A stretch of 64,000 nucleotides of DNA from Myxococcales bacterium (lineage in GTDB: Bacteria; Myxococcota_A; UBA9042; JABWCM01; BTVJ01). The translations under genes were made by a program, and so were the position numbers. Below the pieces are notes generated by a model, which was not told the DNA's origin, did not search any database, and saw only the letters and a list, made by a program, of their open reading frames with translations. Shown here in pieces: positions 1-9,362 of the stretch. Positions within the stretch are counted from its first letter, which is position 1. Each line of letters begins with the position of its first letter. The stretch is taken from assembly GCA_045863395.1 (NCBI GenBank), contig BTVJ01000016.1, forward strand, positions 32,001-96,000, in the 5' to 3' direction.

Positions 1-422
1 TGCACGTCCCGCAAGAGCAGCGTGCTCGACGCGCTCTCGTGCTCCGTGACGAAGAGCCCGAAGCCCCCGACGACCCGCAGGGTCCCGTCCGCCTGCCCCT
101 CGCTGAGCTCCATGACCGTCGCCGTCGCCCCCGGGATGGTCTGGAAGTCGAGGAGCCCGAAGTGCTCCACGGCGCGCGAGCCGTCGACGCGCTCCGCGTG
201 GTAGCCGTACAAGCTGGCGCTCAGTGAGAAGCTGCTGCCGGGCAGCGTCGCCAGGGCCGCCGGGTTGTAGTGGCCCGCGGAGCCGTCGTCGCCCAGCGCA
301 GTGAAGGCGCCGCCCATGCCCGCGGCGCGCTCCCCGACCAGGACCCCCGAGCGGTGGAACGGGTCCGCCGACGCCTGCGCAGCCCAGATCGCGGCGACGA
401 GGGTGAAGGTGCGCCCCCTCAA
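1..422 (-). CDS. FadL/OmpP1-like outer-membrane beta-barrel protein (partial, runs off left edge)
   Basis: Manual translation from TTG at 422 (overlaps upstream TGA): MRGRTFTLVAAIWAAQASADPFHRSGVLVGERAAGMGGAFTALGDDGSAGHYNPAAL. Signal peptide plus the family GxRAxGMGGA..NPA motif. Not in the ORF track. Confidence 0.7.
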   Translation of the reverse strand, partial: MRGRTFTLVAAIWAAQASADPFHRSGVLVGERAAGMGGAFTALGDDGSAGHYNPAALATLPGSSFSLSASLYGYHAERVDGSRAVEHFGLLDFQTIPGATATVMELSEGQADGTLRVVGGFGLFVTEHESASSTLLLRDV

Positions 423-1762
423 AACCGCACCGCGCCGCCAATGACGGCCGTGAGCTGGTGCTGGACGATGTCGACGCGCTCCCAGGAGATCCCCCCGTCG
501 ACCGCGACCCGCGCGGCGAGCCCCTCTCCGAAGCCGACCAGGTAGCTCAGGGCCAGGGACATCGCCCCGTGCTCGCTGGGCAGCGCAACCCCGAAGGTCG
601 CGCCGAGGGCGTGGATTCGAGCGGGGTGGCGCGGATCCGTCGGGTCCGGCGCAGGCCAGGGGCTGAGGCTGGTCAGGATGCCGCCCCGCAGCGTGACGTC
701 CTCGGTGACCGGAGCCTCGATGCCTGCCGCACCATCGAAGGTCGTGACACGCTGCCGGCTCTGCCCGAAGGGCTGGCTCGGGTTCACGCGCCCCAGACCG
801 TCGAAGGCGGGCAGATCCGGGTCCTGGATGTCCAGGTACGCCGCTTGCGCCACGTGGACATAGAGGTCCGCGGCCACCCGGGTGCCGTCCGGCCCGAGCC
901 ACGCGCCCCCGAGGGCGATGCGCCACGGGTCCCTCCGCTCGGTGCGCAGCCCGGGCATCAAGTCGATGCGCTGCATCGCCTTGCTAGCGCCCGCGCTGGA
1001 GGTCGCGCTCACCGACGAGCCCTCACCGGAGCCGTGCAGGCGGATGGACTCGCTGCGCAGCGAGGCGCCGAGCACCCAGGCCGGGTCGACGGCGATCTGG
1101 AAGCCGACGTCCAGGTGCAGGCTCCCGGCCAGGCCCGAGAACTGGCTCGCGCCCACGAGGAAGCTGCCGTCGGGGGGCTCGATGACCAGCCGGCTCGACA
1201 GGTGGACCTCGTCCAAGGAGTAGCTGGCCATGGCGCCCACCCGCACGGAGTCCGTGATCGCCCACCCCCACGCGGCGGCGAACTGGAAGGTGCGCCCACG
1301 CGTCTCGAAGCCCATGGCGGCCCCGGGGGCGGCCTCCGTCGCGTCGCCCGGCGCCGTCTCCACCTGGCCGCCTGCGCTGCGCTGCTCGGGGACCAGCACG
1401 TTGATCGCCAGGACGTGCCGCCCCTCCCCGTCGCGGGGCACCAAAGGGATCGCCACGCCCAGCGCCGCCGGGAACGTGCTGAACCGCACCACGTCCAGGT
1501 CCAGGGAGCGGTCGCCCACGCGCAAGGCCGCCGCCTGCCGCTGCACCAGGAGCTGATAGGCGCTGACGGACACTGATCCCTGGATGCCGCCGATGGACGC
1601 CAGGCCCGCCGGATTGCGCACGCCGCCCGTCGGCTCGTCCGCCAGCGCCACCGCTGCGCCGCCGGCGCCCGCCATGCGCTCGCCGAGGAGGTGGGTGCCC
1701 CGCACGTCTGCCGCAGCGGGTGCAGCGAGGAGGAGGGCCAGGGTGGAGACCAGCGCGCGCAT
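419..1762 (-). CDS. FadL/OmpP1-like outer-membrane beta-barrel protein
   Basis: Signal peptide MRALVSTLALLLAAPAAA, GERMAGAGGA..NPAGL motif, alternating beta-strand pattern, C-terminal Phe (VRF). Start trimmed from ORF 419..2230. Confidence 0.7.
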   Translation of the reverse strand: MRALVSTLALLLAAPAAADVRGTHLLGERMAGAGGAAVALADEPTGGVRNPAGLASIGGIQGSVSVSAYQLLVQRQAAALRVGDRSLDLDVVRFSTFPAALGVAIPLVPRDGEGRHVLAINVLVPEQRSAGGQVETAPGDATEAAPGAAMGFETRGRTFQFAAAWGWAITDSVRVGAMASYSLDEVHLSSRLVIEPPDGSFLVGASQFSGLAGSLHLDVGFQIAVDPAWVLGASLRSESIRLHGSGEGSSVSATSSAGASKAMQRIDLMPGLRTERRDPWRIALGGAWLGPDGTRVAADLYVHVAQAAYLDIQDPDLPAFDGLGRVNPSQPFGQSRQRVTTFDGAAGIEAPVTEDVTLRGGILTSLSPWPAPDPTDPRHPARIHALGATFGVALPSEHGAMSLALSYLVGFGEGLAARVAVDGGISWERVDIVQHQLTAVIGGAVRF

Positions 1763-1845
1763 GGCCCCATAGGTCCACCGCAAGCCGTTCTTGTCAATCG
1801 GCGCTTGCCCGGCGCGGGACGCGACGCGCGCTTTTCCCCGCGGGC

Positions 1846-1854
1846 TGCTACACT
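1846..1854 (+). promoter_or_regulatory. Possible extended -10 promoter for a near-leaderless transcript
   Basis: TGCTACACT (TGn-TACACT) ends 8 nt before ATG 1863; no Shine-Dalgarno in between. Confidence 0.4.
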
Positions 1855-1862
1855 GCCGGCCC

Positions 1863-4800
1863 ATGAAGGCGCTCCTGCCCATCGCCGCCATCGTCGTCGC
1901 GCTCCTGCCGCTGGTGCTGGCGTGGCTGCTGAGCCGCGTGGCGGGCGCGCGCCGCATCGCCCTCGGGCTGATGATCCTGGGGTCGGCGTACATCATCGAC
2001 GTCAACCTGCTGATGCACGAGCAGTACCGCGGTATGTCCCGCAGCTTCGACGTGGGCACCACGGACCTCCTGGTCCTGAGCCTCATCGTGTACCTGATGG
2101 GGCAGGGCAGCAGCCGCGGCCTGGTGTGGAGGGCCCCCTCCAACCCGGGCTCCGTCACCCCGGTCATGCTGATGCCGCCTGGGCTCCCGTTGCTGCTCCT
2201 CTTCGTGACGATTGCCGCGTTCTCCATCATCGGCTCGAGAGAGCCCCTCTATGGGTTCATGGACCTGTTCAAGCTGGTGCGGGGCCTGGCGGTGTTCTGG
2301 GTGAGCGCCAACCTGCTCGCCGACGACCGGAGCGCCAGGAACCTGCCGTTCTTCCTCCTGATCTTCGTGGGCGTGGAGATGGCGGTGGCCACGAAGCAGC
2401 ACCTCTCGGGGGTCTGGTGGGTTCACGGGACCTTCGAGCACAAGAACAGCTTCGCCATGAGCATGAACCTCATCCTGCCGGTCATGCTGGCGGAGGCGCT
2501 GCGCGCCAAGGGGTGGCGGGGCGCCATCCTGCTCGGCTACGGCGCCGGGGCGGTGGGGCTCATCCTCTCGCGCTCCCGCTTCGGCTGGGCCACGATGGGC
2601 CTCGCCGCGATGATCGTCACGTCGCTCTGCCTGATCCTGACATTCGTCAAGCGCGACCGCTCCCTGCTCCAGCGGCAGGTAGCGGTCCTGGCCCTCGCGG
2701 CCTTTCTGGCCATCCCGGCCATCGCCAAGTCCTTCGACAGCATCGTGACCCGTTGGGGAGAAGACGCGGAGGTTTCCATGGATTTCCGGCACCGCAACAA
2801 CGACATCGCCAAGGCCCTCGCCCGGGAGCATCCCTTCGGCGTCGGTCTGAACAACTACGTGAAGGAGCTGGATCAGCCCATCGGGCGGCTCCTCGACCCC
2901 ATCGACCGGACGGTCGCCCACCACCTGTACCACCTGGTGGCGGCGGAGACGGGCCTGCTTGGGCTGATCTCCCTGGTCGGCGCCATGCTTGCCTTCGTGT
3001 TCATGGCGCTGCGGACCATCGTGCAGGCGGTCAAGCCCTGGTCTCAGACGGTCGCCATCGGGCTCGGGGCCGGGCTCGTGTCGGCCATGCTCCACAGCTT
3101 CGGGGAGAGCGACCTGCTCCGCCGCGAGACCTACTTCATCTTCTGCATGTTGATGGGCTTCCTCGCCGGCATCCACGTGCGCGAGGGGCTGGGCGGGAGG
3201 AGCCTCCTGATGCGGCTCCTCGGGGAGTCGGTGCGGGCGACCCGGCGGCCCGGCTATGGGGTGATCGTGCTCGCGGTCCTGCTCGCCCCCCTGGTGCTCG
3301 CGGGGCCTGCCCAGGCCGCATCTCCGACCGTCACGCCGCTGTCTGCGCGCCACCTGAGGCTCTCCTACTCGGCCCTGATCACGCCGACCCAGGTCCCTCC
3401 CGCGTCCACGTTCCGCATCGAGGGCGCCGCGAGCAAGGTCGTCGAGGTGGGCCTCCACGCCTTCGCCGTGGGCAAGGTGGAGGACCCGTGGCCGCCGAAG
3501 GCCATCATGCGCTACGACCTGCACCTGGTGCTGGACGAGCCCCTGCCCGAGGACAAGGAGGTCAAGGTCATCACGCCGAGCTGGCTCCTGACGAGCCCGC
3601 TGCCGGTGCGCTTCTCGTCTCTGGATCCCTCTCCGGCCATCAAGCTGGCGCAGGTCGGCTTCCTGCCCGAAGACCCGAACAAGGCGGTGTTCATCGGCGC
3701 CTACCTGGGGACGCTGGGGCCCCTGCGCGCGGAGCCCAAGACCTTCGACGTGGTGGACCTGCGAAACAAGGCGGTGGTCCTTCGCGGCACGCCCAAGCGC
3801 ATCGCCGAGGACGACCGCGTCTACCGGGAGGAGATCTGGCGGCTGGACATTGGCGCCCTGAAGGAGCCCGGGCACTACGCCGTGCACGTGCCGGGGGTGG
3901 GGCGATCTCTGGACTTCCGCGTGGGCGCCGACGTGTACGACGCCCCTCTGACCGCGGTGCTGCGCGCCTTCTACCACCACCGCTGCGGCGTGGCCATCGA
4001 CGCGAAGTACACCCGCTTCTCGCGGCCAGCGTGCCACCCCAAGGAGCAGGTGGGCTGCTTCACCCCCGAGCTCGCCGAGACTCCACTGTACGACGGGGAG
4101 AAGGCCGGCGAGTGCCGCGACCTGACCGGCGGCTGGCACGACGCATCGGACTACGGAAAGTACGTGCCGACCGCGACGGTGGCAGTCCACAACCTCATGG
4201 TCGCCTGGCAGGCTTGGCCCGACGCCTTCCCGGACGGGCGGCAGGGGATCCCCGAGAGCGGAAACGGCATCCCCGACATCCTGGACGAGGTGGCCTTTGA
4301 GCTGGACTGGCTGCTCAAGATGCAGCGCGATGACGGCGGGGTCTACCACAAGGTCACCTCCCGCCAGTGGGGGACGGACAAGCCCCCCCATTTGGACCGC
4401 AAGACCTTCGACGTAGCCGAGCGCACCACCCACGACACGGCGCGGGTCGCGGCGGTGATGGCCGAGGGCGCGCGGGTCTTCGCCAAGGTGGCGCCCGAGG
4501 CGGCGGCGCGCTACAGAGCCGGCGCGGAGCGGGCGTGGAGCTTCCTGAAGGCCCACCCGAAGGCCGTCCCGGACCCGGGATTCCGCAACCGCGAGTGGAA
4601 CGGGGGCGGGGAGTACGCGGACCGCTTTGGCGACGACGACGAGCGGGCGTGGGCGGCGGCGGAGTGGATCGCGCTCACCGGGGAGGCGGGCTTCGACCAC
4701 TACGTGGTGGACAAGGTGCCCGAGCCGTACAACGTTCGTGTTCCGCCCCTGTATGTGCGCGACTGGCCTCCTCCCTTCGAGGACTGCTGGCGCTTCGCCT

Positions 4801-5402
4801 TCCACCGCTACGCCCAGCTCAAGCACCCGCAGCGCAACGCGAAGCTGCAGGCGGCCATCCGGGACGCCTGGCGGGTCCGCACCGACGGCATCGAGGAGGC
4901 GAGCGCCGAGGACCCCTACGGCATGGCGTTCCGGCCGCGGCCGGGCGTCCCCTTCGGCTACGGCACCAGCAACGGCCTGCGGTACGCCATGGACGTGGCC
5001 CTGGCCAACGTGCTGCTCGGGCAGACTCCGCGGCGGCGGGAGGCGGCGCTGTCGAACCTTGGCGCGCTCTTCGGGAACAACGGCCCGGGCTTCAGCTTCG
5101 TCACCGGCATCGGCGCGCGGGCCGTCAGGCAGCCCGAGTATCGTCCCAACCTCTTCGACGGCATCGACGAGCCGCTGCCCGGCCACCCGGTGGACGGCCC
5201 CGCCTTGGGGGTCCACTCGTCGAACAGGGACGCCGACAAGAAGCTCTGGCCGCCGCCCGAAGAGTACCCGCCCGGCCAGTACTACTTCGACATGATGGAC
5301 CCCATCATGTCGGAACCCACCATCCTGGAGATGAGCGAGGCCGTGATCGCGTTCGCGCCCTACGCCACGCCCAAGACGTCGCCCGACGGCAGCCCACGCT
5401 GA
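1863..5402 (+). CDS. O-antigen ligase/Wzy-like membrane protein fused to Ig-like domain + glycoside hydrolase family 9
   Basis: N-half is multi-TM with GTFEHKN, LSRSRFGW, HPFGVGLNNY and HHLYHLVAAETGLLG (Wzy_C/WaaL-like). C-half has QVGFLPEDPNKAV (cellulase N-Ig), DLTGGWHDASDYGKY, PDILDEVAFELDWLLKMQ, FSFVTGIG and SEPTI (GH9). Confidence 0.85.
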   Translation: MKALLPIAAIVVALLPLVLAWLLSRVAGARRIALGLMILGSAYIIDVNLLMHEQYRGMSRSFDVGTTDLLVLSLIVYLMGQGSSRGLVWRAPSNPGSVTPVMLMPPGLPLLLLFVTIAAFSIIGSREPLYGFMDLFKLVRGLAVFWVSANLLADDRSARNLPFFLLIFVGVEMAVATKQHLSGVWWVHGTFEHKNSFAMSMNLILPVMLAEALRAKGWRGAILLGYGAGAVGLILSRSRFGWATMGLAAMIVTSLCLILTFVKRDRSLLQRQVAVLALAAFLAIPAIAKSFDSIVTRWGEDAEVSMDFRHRNNDIAKALAREHPFGVGLNNYVKELDQPIGRLLDPIDRTVAHHLYHLVAAETGLLGLISLVGAMLAFVFMALRTIVQAVKPWSQTVAIGLGAGLVSAMLHSFGESDLLRRETYFIFCMLMGFLAGIHVREGLGGRSLLMRLLGESVRATRRPGYGVIVLAVLLAPLVLAGPAQAASPTVTPLSARHLRLSYSALITPTQVPPASTFRIEGAASKVVEVGLHAFAVGKVEDPWPPKAIMRYDLHLVLDEPLPEDKEVKVITPSWLLTSPLPVRFSSLDPSPAIKLAQVGFLPEDPNKAVFIGAYLGTLGPLRAEPKTFDVVDLRNKAVVLRGTPKRIAEDDRVYREEIWRLDIGALKEPGHYAVHVPGVGRSLDFRVGADVYDAPLTAVLRAFYHHRCGVAIDAKYTRFSRPACHPKEQVGCFTPELAETPLYDGEKAGECRDLTGGWHDASDYGKYVPTATVAVHNLMVAWQAWPDAFPDGRQGIPESGNGIPDILDEVAFELDWLLKMQRDDGGVYHKVTSRQWGTDKPPHLDRKTFDVAERTTHDTARVAAVMAEGARVFAKVAPEAAARYRAGAERAWSFLKAHPKAVPDPGFRNREWNGGGEYADRFGDDDERAWAAAEWIALTGEAGFDHYVVDKVPEPYNVRVPPLYVRDWPPPFEDCWRFAFHRYAQLKHPQRNAKLQAAIRDAWRVRTDGIEEASAEDPYGMAFRPRPGVPFGYGTSNGLRYAMDVALANVLLGQTPRRREAALSNLGALFGNNGPGFSFVTGIGARAVRQPEYRPNLFDGIDEPLPGHPVDGPALGVHSSNRDADKKLWPPPEEYPPGQYYFDMMDPIMSEPTILEMSEAVIAFAPYATPKTSPDGSPR

Positions 5403-5429
5403 CTTCCGCTCATTTGCGCGCATCGGATG

Positions 5430-5459
5430 TTGACACGGGCGCCGCCCATGCCCTACGTT
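5430..5459 (+). promoter_or_regulatory. Putative sigma70-type promoter of the DUF4157 operon
   Basis: Perfect TTGACA (5430-5435), 18-nt spacer, TACGTT (5454-5459); GAGG RBS before ATG 5493. Confidence 0.55.
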
Positions 5460-5492
5460 CGGCTTTGGCATCCAACCCCAATGAGGTCCACC

Positions 5493-6785
5493 ATGGCTGA
5501 GCTGGTTCGCGCTTCCGCGCAGGGTCGCACCATTCGCCTGAAGGCCACGGGCTCGGGCTCAGGCCGCCACCTGAGCAGAGAACAGGCCGCGGGCGGCCAG
5601 CCGGACGACCTGCCCACCTCCCCCGAGGGCGCCAGCGTGAGCGCGCTTGGTCCCACCTACGAGGTCCGACCTCCAAGGCAAGGCAGCGAGGGCGAGGGGC
5701 CCATGGTCTCCACGTCGCCCGCCGGGCCCCACATCCAGCGGGACGGGGCGACCTCCATCGGGAGCTACATCGAGCGGACGGCCGGCGGCGGGAGCTCCCT
5801 GTCGAGCCAGGTGTCCCGCGAGATGTCCGGCGCCTTCGGCTACGACTTCAGCGGAGTCAACGTCCACAACGACTCGGCAGCCCACAACGTCTGCCGCAGC
5901 GTGGGGGCCAACGCCTTCGCCACGGGCAACGACGTGTACTTCGCGGCGGGGAAGTACGCCCCGGGCAGCCGGGAGGGCGACCGCCTCATCGCCCATGAGC
6001 TCACCCACGTCGTGCAGCAGAACGGCGGCGGGGTCGCGCGCAGCATCGCCAAGAAGGGCGTGACGTTCAGCACGCCGGGCGACCCCTACGAGACCCAGGC
6101 CGACGCGGTGGCGGAGACGGTCGTCGCCATGAAGTACGGCGGCGACGGCTCGAAGCTCGGCACCGTCAGCCGGAGCCCGTCGGGCTCGGCCCCGGACGTG
6201 TCGCGTGACCTGGACTCCATGCCTTCGACCACCCTCGCGAACGCAATCATCCAGCGCAAGATCGCCGGCGTCCCGGACGTACAGATGGACATCGGCATCA
6301 CCCTCGGCGTGGCGGGGCTCGTGGTGGGCATCGTGGGTCTCGGCGTTGGCTACGCGGCCTTCGGCGGCAACAAGTTGACGAAGTCCTTGAAGGAGCTTGT
6401 GGGCCAGCCCGGCGAGGCGCGGGATGCACACAGGGCGGCCAACCCCTGGCAGCGCAAGTCGTGGACGCCCATGCCACTTCAGCGAGCTGGCTCCATCGCG
6501 GGGCGCTTCTGGTATGGACTCCAGCTCTCCTGGGCTTACAACGGCCGAGAGATCAGCGATGTCGCCGTGGGCTTCGCGCCGGGCACCCAGAACCCGACCT
6601 TCGGCTCGTCGGAGGCCGAGTTCACGATCACGGACAACGTGGGCACGCAGACCAACCCGGCCCTCGGCTACCGGTACAGCGTGGACTATGACCCGGCGGC
6701 GGGCGGCCACTACGAGTACAGCGGGACAGGTCAGTTCAATGCCAGGGGCGGGGCGGACGGCACCCTCAATCGCCGCTCGTTGTAG
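5493..6785 (+). CDS. DUF4157 (eCIS core domain) protein with C-terminal putative effector domain
   Basis: FGYDFSGVNVH..VGANAFATGNDVYFAAGKYAPGSREGDRLIAHELTHVVQQ, then DPYETQAD and IQRK; then a Gly/Val-rich hydrophobic segment and a beta-rich tail. Confidence 0.9.
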   Translation: MAELVRASAQGRTIRLKATGSGSGRHLSREQAAGGQPDDLPTSPEGASVSALGPTYEVRPPRQGSEGEGPMVSTSPAGPHIQRDGATSIGSYIERTAGGGSSLSSQVSREMSGAFGYDFSGVNVHNDSAAHNVCRSVGANAFATGNDVYFAAGKYAPGSREGDRLIAHELTHVVQQNGGGVARSIAKKGVTFSTPGDPYETQADAVAETVVAMKYGGDGSKLGTVSRSPSGSAPDVSRDLDSMPSTTLANAIIQRKIAGVPDVQMDIGITLGVAGLVVGIVGLGVGYAAFGGNKLTKSLKELVGQPGEARDAHRAANPWQRKSWTPMPLQRAGSIAGRFWYGLQLSWAYNGREISDVAVGFAPGTQNPTFGSSEAEFTITDNVGTQTNPALGYRYSVDYDPAAGGHYEYSGTGQFNARGGADGTLNRRSL

Positions 6786-6831
6786 CGCACGGCAGGGCAC
6801 GGGTGCCACGGGCTCGTTGCGGGAGGTCCAT

Positions 6832-7548
6832 GTGAGCAGCGCCCACGACCGCCTGGCGCGCTCCGAGGCGTGGGGGCTCCGGGTGGATCAGTGGCGTGCG
6901 GCAGGGCACCACGACCGAGACGTCTGCCGCGCCGCCACCTACCGCTGGCCCGTGACGTGGGCCGAGGTGGAGGGTCGGGTCAGCCAGACATCCACAGCGC
7001 AGGGCTCCCCAGATCTCCCTCCCCTACCACCCGCCGCACACACGCTCCCGAGTCTGCTCGACGGGCCCACGGAAGAGGCGCCGTGGTGGCTCACGGGCGA
7101 GCTCCCTGAAGCACTGCGCCGCGCCGCATCGTCGCCGCTCCTCGCTGCGTCGCTCCTCCGTGCCGCCGACGCGCGGCCGAGCGGCCTGGCCGCAGCGCGG
7201 GGCCTCGTCACGCTGTCCAGCCTCGCCACCCCGCGCGGCGACCTGACCGTGGACGCCGCCTGGGCGCAACCTCTTGGGGCCGCACTGCGACACGCCCTCC
7301 AGGGCCAGCGGCTCGTCCCGTTCCTCGACCCGCAGCTCTTCGCCGGGCTCGCCGTCGCCGGCATCCACGCGCTCTCCTTCGCGTCTGCCCTCGCCCCGAC
7401 GGATGCGGACCGGGTGGCGCTCTGTGAGGAGTGGGTGGAGCTGCTGCTGGCGGCCGAGGAGCACGACCCGGCCGGAGACTCGCTCGGAGATCGGGCGCGC
7501 CGCCTGGCCCCGGCGATGGCCGGCGTGACCCAGAGGGGGACGCCGTGA
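6832..7548 (+). CDS. Hypothetical protein (helical, Ala/Leu-rich)
   Basis: GGAGG RBS then GTG 6832; stop overlaps next start (GTGA); no recognised motif. Confidence 0.6.
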   Translation: MSSAHDRLARSEAWGLRVDQWRAAGHHDRDVCRAATYRWPVTWAEVEGRVSQTSTAQGSPDLPPLPPAAHTLPSLLDGPTEEAPWWLTGELPEALRRAASSPLLAASLLRAADARPSGLAAARGLVTLSSLATPRGDLTVDAAWAQPLGAALRHALQGQRLVPFLDPQLFAGLAVAGIHALSFASALAPTDADRVALCEEWVELLLAAEEHDPAGDSLGDRARRLAPAMAGVTQRGTP

Positions 7549-9362
7549 GGGTGGAGCTGCTCTTCCCCCCTCTGTTCAAGGCCAGCGAGCCGTACATCGC
7601 GCTGCCGCTCCTCGTGGGGTTCCTGCGCGAAAACGGCGTACCGGACGTGCAGGCGCGGGACCTGAACCTGGACTACGTCTACCACCTGATGGAGGATTCG
7701 ACCCTCGCTGAGGCAGGGCGGGAGCTGCTCGGGCGCCCTCCCGCGGGCACGTGGCTCGACGACGCGGAGCGCACCCTGGTGGGCGCCGCGCTCACCCACG
7801 TGCCCGTGCTGCGACGCTGGCTCCCGGAGTCGCTGGAGCTCTACAGAGCCCACAGGGATCCCGAGGCGCTCCGCGCCATGCCGCGCCAGCAGGCGCAGAG
7901 ACAGGCCGCCCAGTTCGAGCTCGTCTTCGAGATGCTCTTCGAGGTGTACTCCGCCCTCCACTACCCCTGGCGCATGGAGAACCCCATCACGAGGCGGGAG
8001 GCGGTGCTGTCCAACGAGACATGGACGATGGACGAGTCCAACAACGTCCCGTGGCGGGACTGCCTGGCCTGGGACCACCCGCGCAATCCGTTCCGCGCCT
8101 TCTTCGAGTCGTCCGTGGCGCCGGGCCTTGCGGAGCGGCGCCCGTCCGTGGTCGGGATCTCGCTCATGTTCCGGCAGCAGCTCCTCGCGGCGTTCACCCT
8201 GGCCGCGGTCGTGCGGAGAGCCCTCCCGGAGGCCCATATCTGCCTCGGAGGCGCGCTGTTCAGTGACCTGGAGCACTATCTCTTCACCGCGCCCGCCGTG
8301 CGGGACGCCGTGTTCCAGCACGTGGACTCCGTGGTGCTCGGACCCGGCGAGGTGCCGCTGCACGGGCTCATCCAGGCGCTTGGAGCGGGCGCCGCCGTGG
8401 AGGGGGTCTCCAACGTGCTCACCCGCGCCGGCGTGGAGCGGGCGTCCGGCGGTGACATCGCCGGCAGCATCGAGGAGCTGAGCGGCTTCGACCCGGCCGG
8501 GCGCGAGTCTGCCGAGCTCGACCGCTTCGCGACCCCCATCTTCTTCGATGGACGGCTCGACCGCTACCTGTACCGCACGCGGGAGCTGACGATTCCCTAC
8601 CTGACATCCTACGGGTGTTACTGGAACAAGTGCTCCTTCTGCAAGTACCGGGAGCAGGTCCACCGCTACTCGCCCAAGCCCGTGGACACGGTCGTCCAGG
8701 ATCTGCGAGCCTTGTCGGCGCTGCACGGGAGCCGACGCTTCCACTTCAGCGATGAAACACTATCTCCCTCTTACTGCAAGCGCCTTTCGGCTGGATTGAT
8801 CGACGTCGGTTCACCGTTCGCGTGGTCGGGCAACGCGCGCTTCGACCCCGGCTTCACCGTGGAGCTGGCCACCGCAATGCGCAGGTCCGGGTGCGAGTAT
8901 ATCTCGTTCGGCCTCGAGTCCGGCTCCCAGCGAATCGTCGACCGCATGGGCAAGGGCACCCGCTCCGAGGTCGTCGAGCGGACCATGGAGGCATTCCGCG
9001 CTGCCGGGCTGCCCGTGAACCTGTATCTGTTCGTTGGCTTCCCCGGCGAGACGGAGGAGGACATCGCGCTGACCGTCGCGTTCCTGCGGCGCCACCGGGA
9101 GGCCATCACGGATCTCTCGGTGGGGCCGTTCACCCTCTACAAGGGGACCGGGGTGTTTCGAGACCCTGCGCGGTACGGAATCCGGGACGTGGAGCAGGGA
9201 GAGCTCCGGGACCCCGAGGTGCTCCGCTGGGTCTATCACTACGAGTTGGCCGAGGAGACTGGTGGCCTGATGCCCGAGGAGGCCATGACGAAGTATCTGG
9301 TGCACCACCGTGACCTCTTCGGGCAGATGGGCGAGGGCCTCTCACCCGATGGCACCTGGTGA
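7545..9362 (+). CDS. Cobalamin(B12)-binding radical SAM protein
   Basis: GCYWNKCSFC (CxxxCxxC); N-terminal FPP..PYIALPLLVGFL; B12-domain-like VVGISLMFRQQL..HICLGGA..GPGEVPL; FSDETLS, SFGLESGSQRIVDRMGKG, LFVGFPGETEED. Confidence 0.9.
   Translation: MRVELLFPPLFKASEPYIALPLLVGFLRENGVPDVQARDLNLDYVYHLMEDSTLAEAGRELLGRPPAGTWLDDAERTLVGAALTHVPVLRRWLPESLELYRAHRDPEALRAMPRQQAQRQAAQFELVFEMLFEVYSALHYPWRMENPITRREAVLSNETWTMDESNNVPWRDCLAWDHPRNPFRAFFESSVAPGLAERRPSVVGISLMFRQQLLAAFTLAAVVRRALPEAHICLGGALFSDLEHYLFTAPAVRDAVFQHVDSVVLGPGEVPLHGLIQALGAGAAVEGVSNVLTRAGVERASGGDIAGSIEELSGFDPAGRESAELDRFATPIFFDGRLDRYLYRTRELTIPYLTSYGCYWNKCSFCKYREQVHRYSPKPVDTVVQDLRALSALHGSRRFHFSDETLSPSYCKRLSAGLIDVGSPFAWSGNARFDPGFTVELATAMRRSGCEYISFGLESGSQRIVDRMGKGTRSEVVERTMEAFRAAGLPVNLYLFVGFPGETEEDIALTVAFLRRHREAITDLSVGPFTLYKGTGVFRDPARYGIRDVEQGELRDPEVLRWVYHYELAEETGGLMPEEAMTKYLVHHRDLFGQMGEGLSPDGTW

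Noticed and set aside
1..1762. FadL-like barrels as the outer-membrane translocon for the polysaccharide cluster
   Set aside because: The Wza here keeps a lipobox and a C-terminal WNYLLGQITPTL helix like classical Wza, so no separate barrel is required; the barrel motifs fit FadL better.
1848..5471. 1207-aa antisense ORF (likewise 37073..40141 and 54140..58096)
   Set aside because: Shadow ORFs opposite well-supported genes, expected from high-GC codon bias; no motifs.
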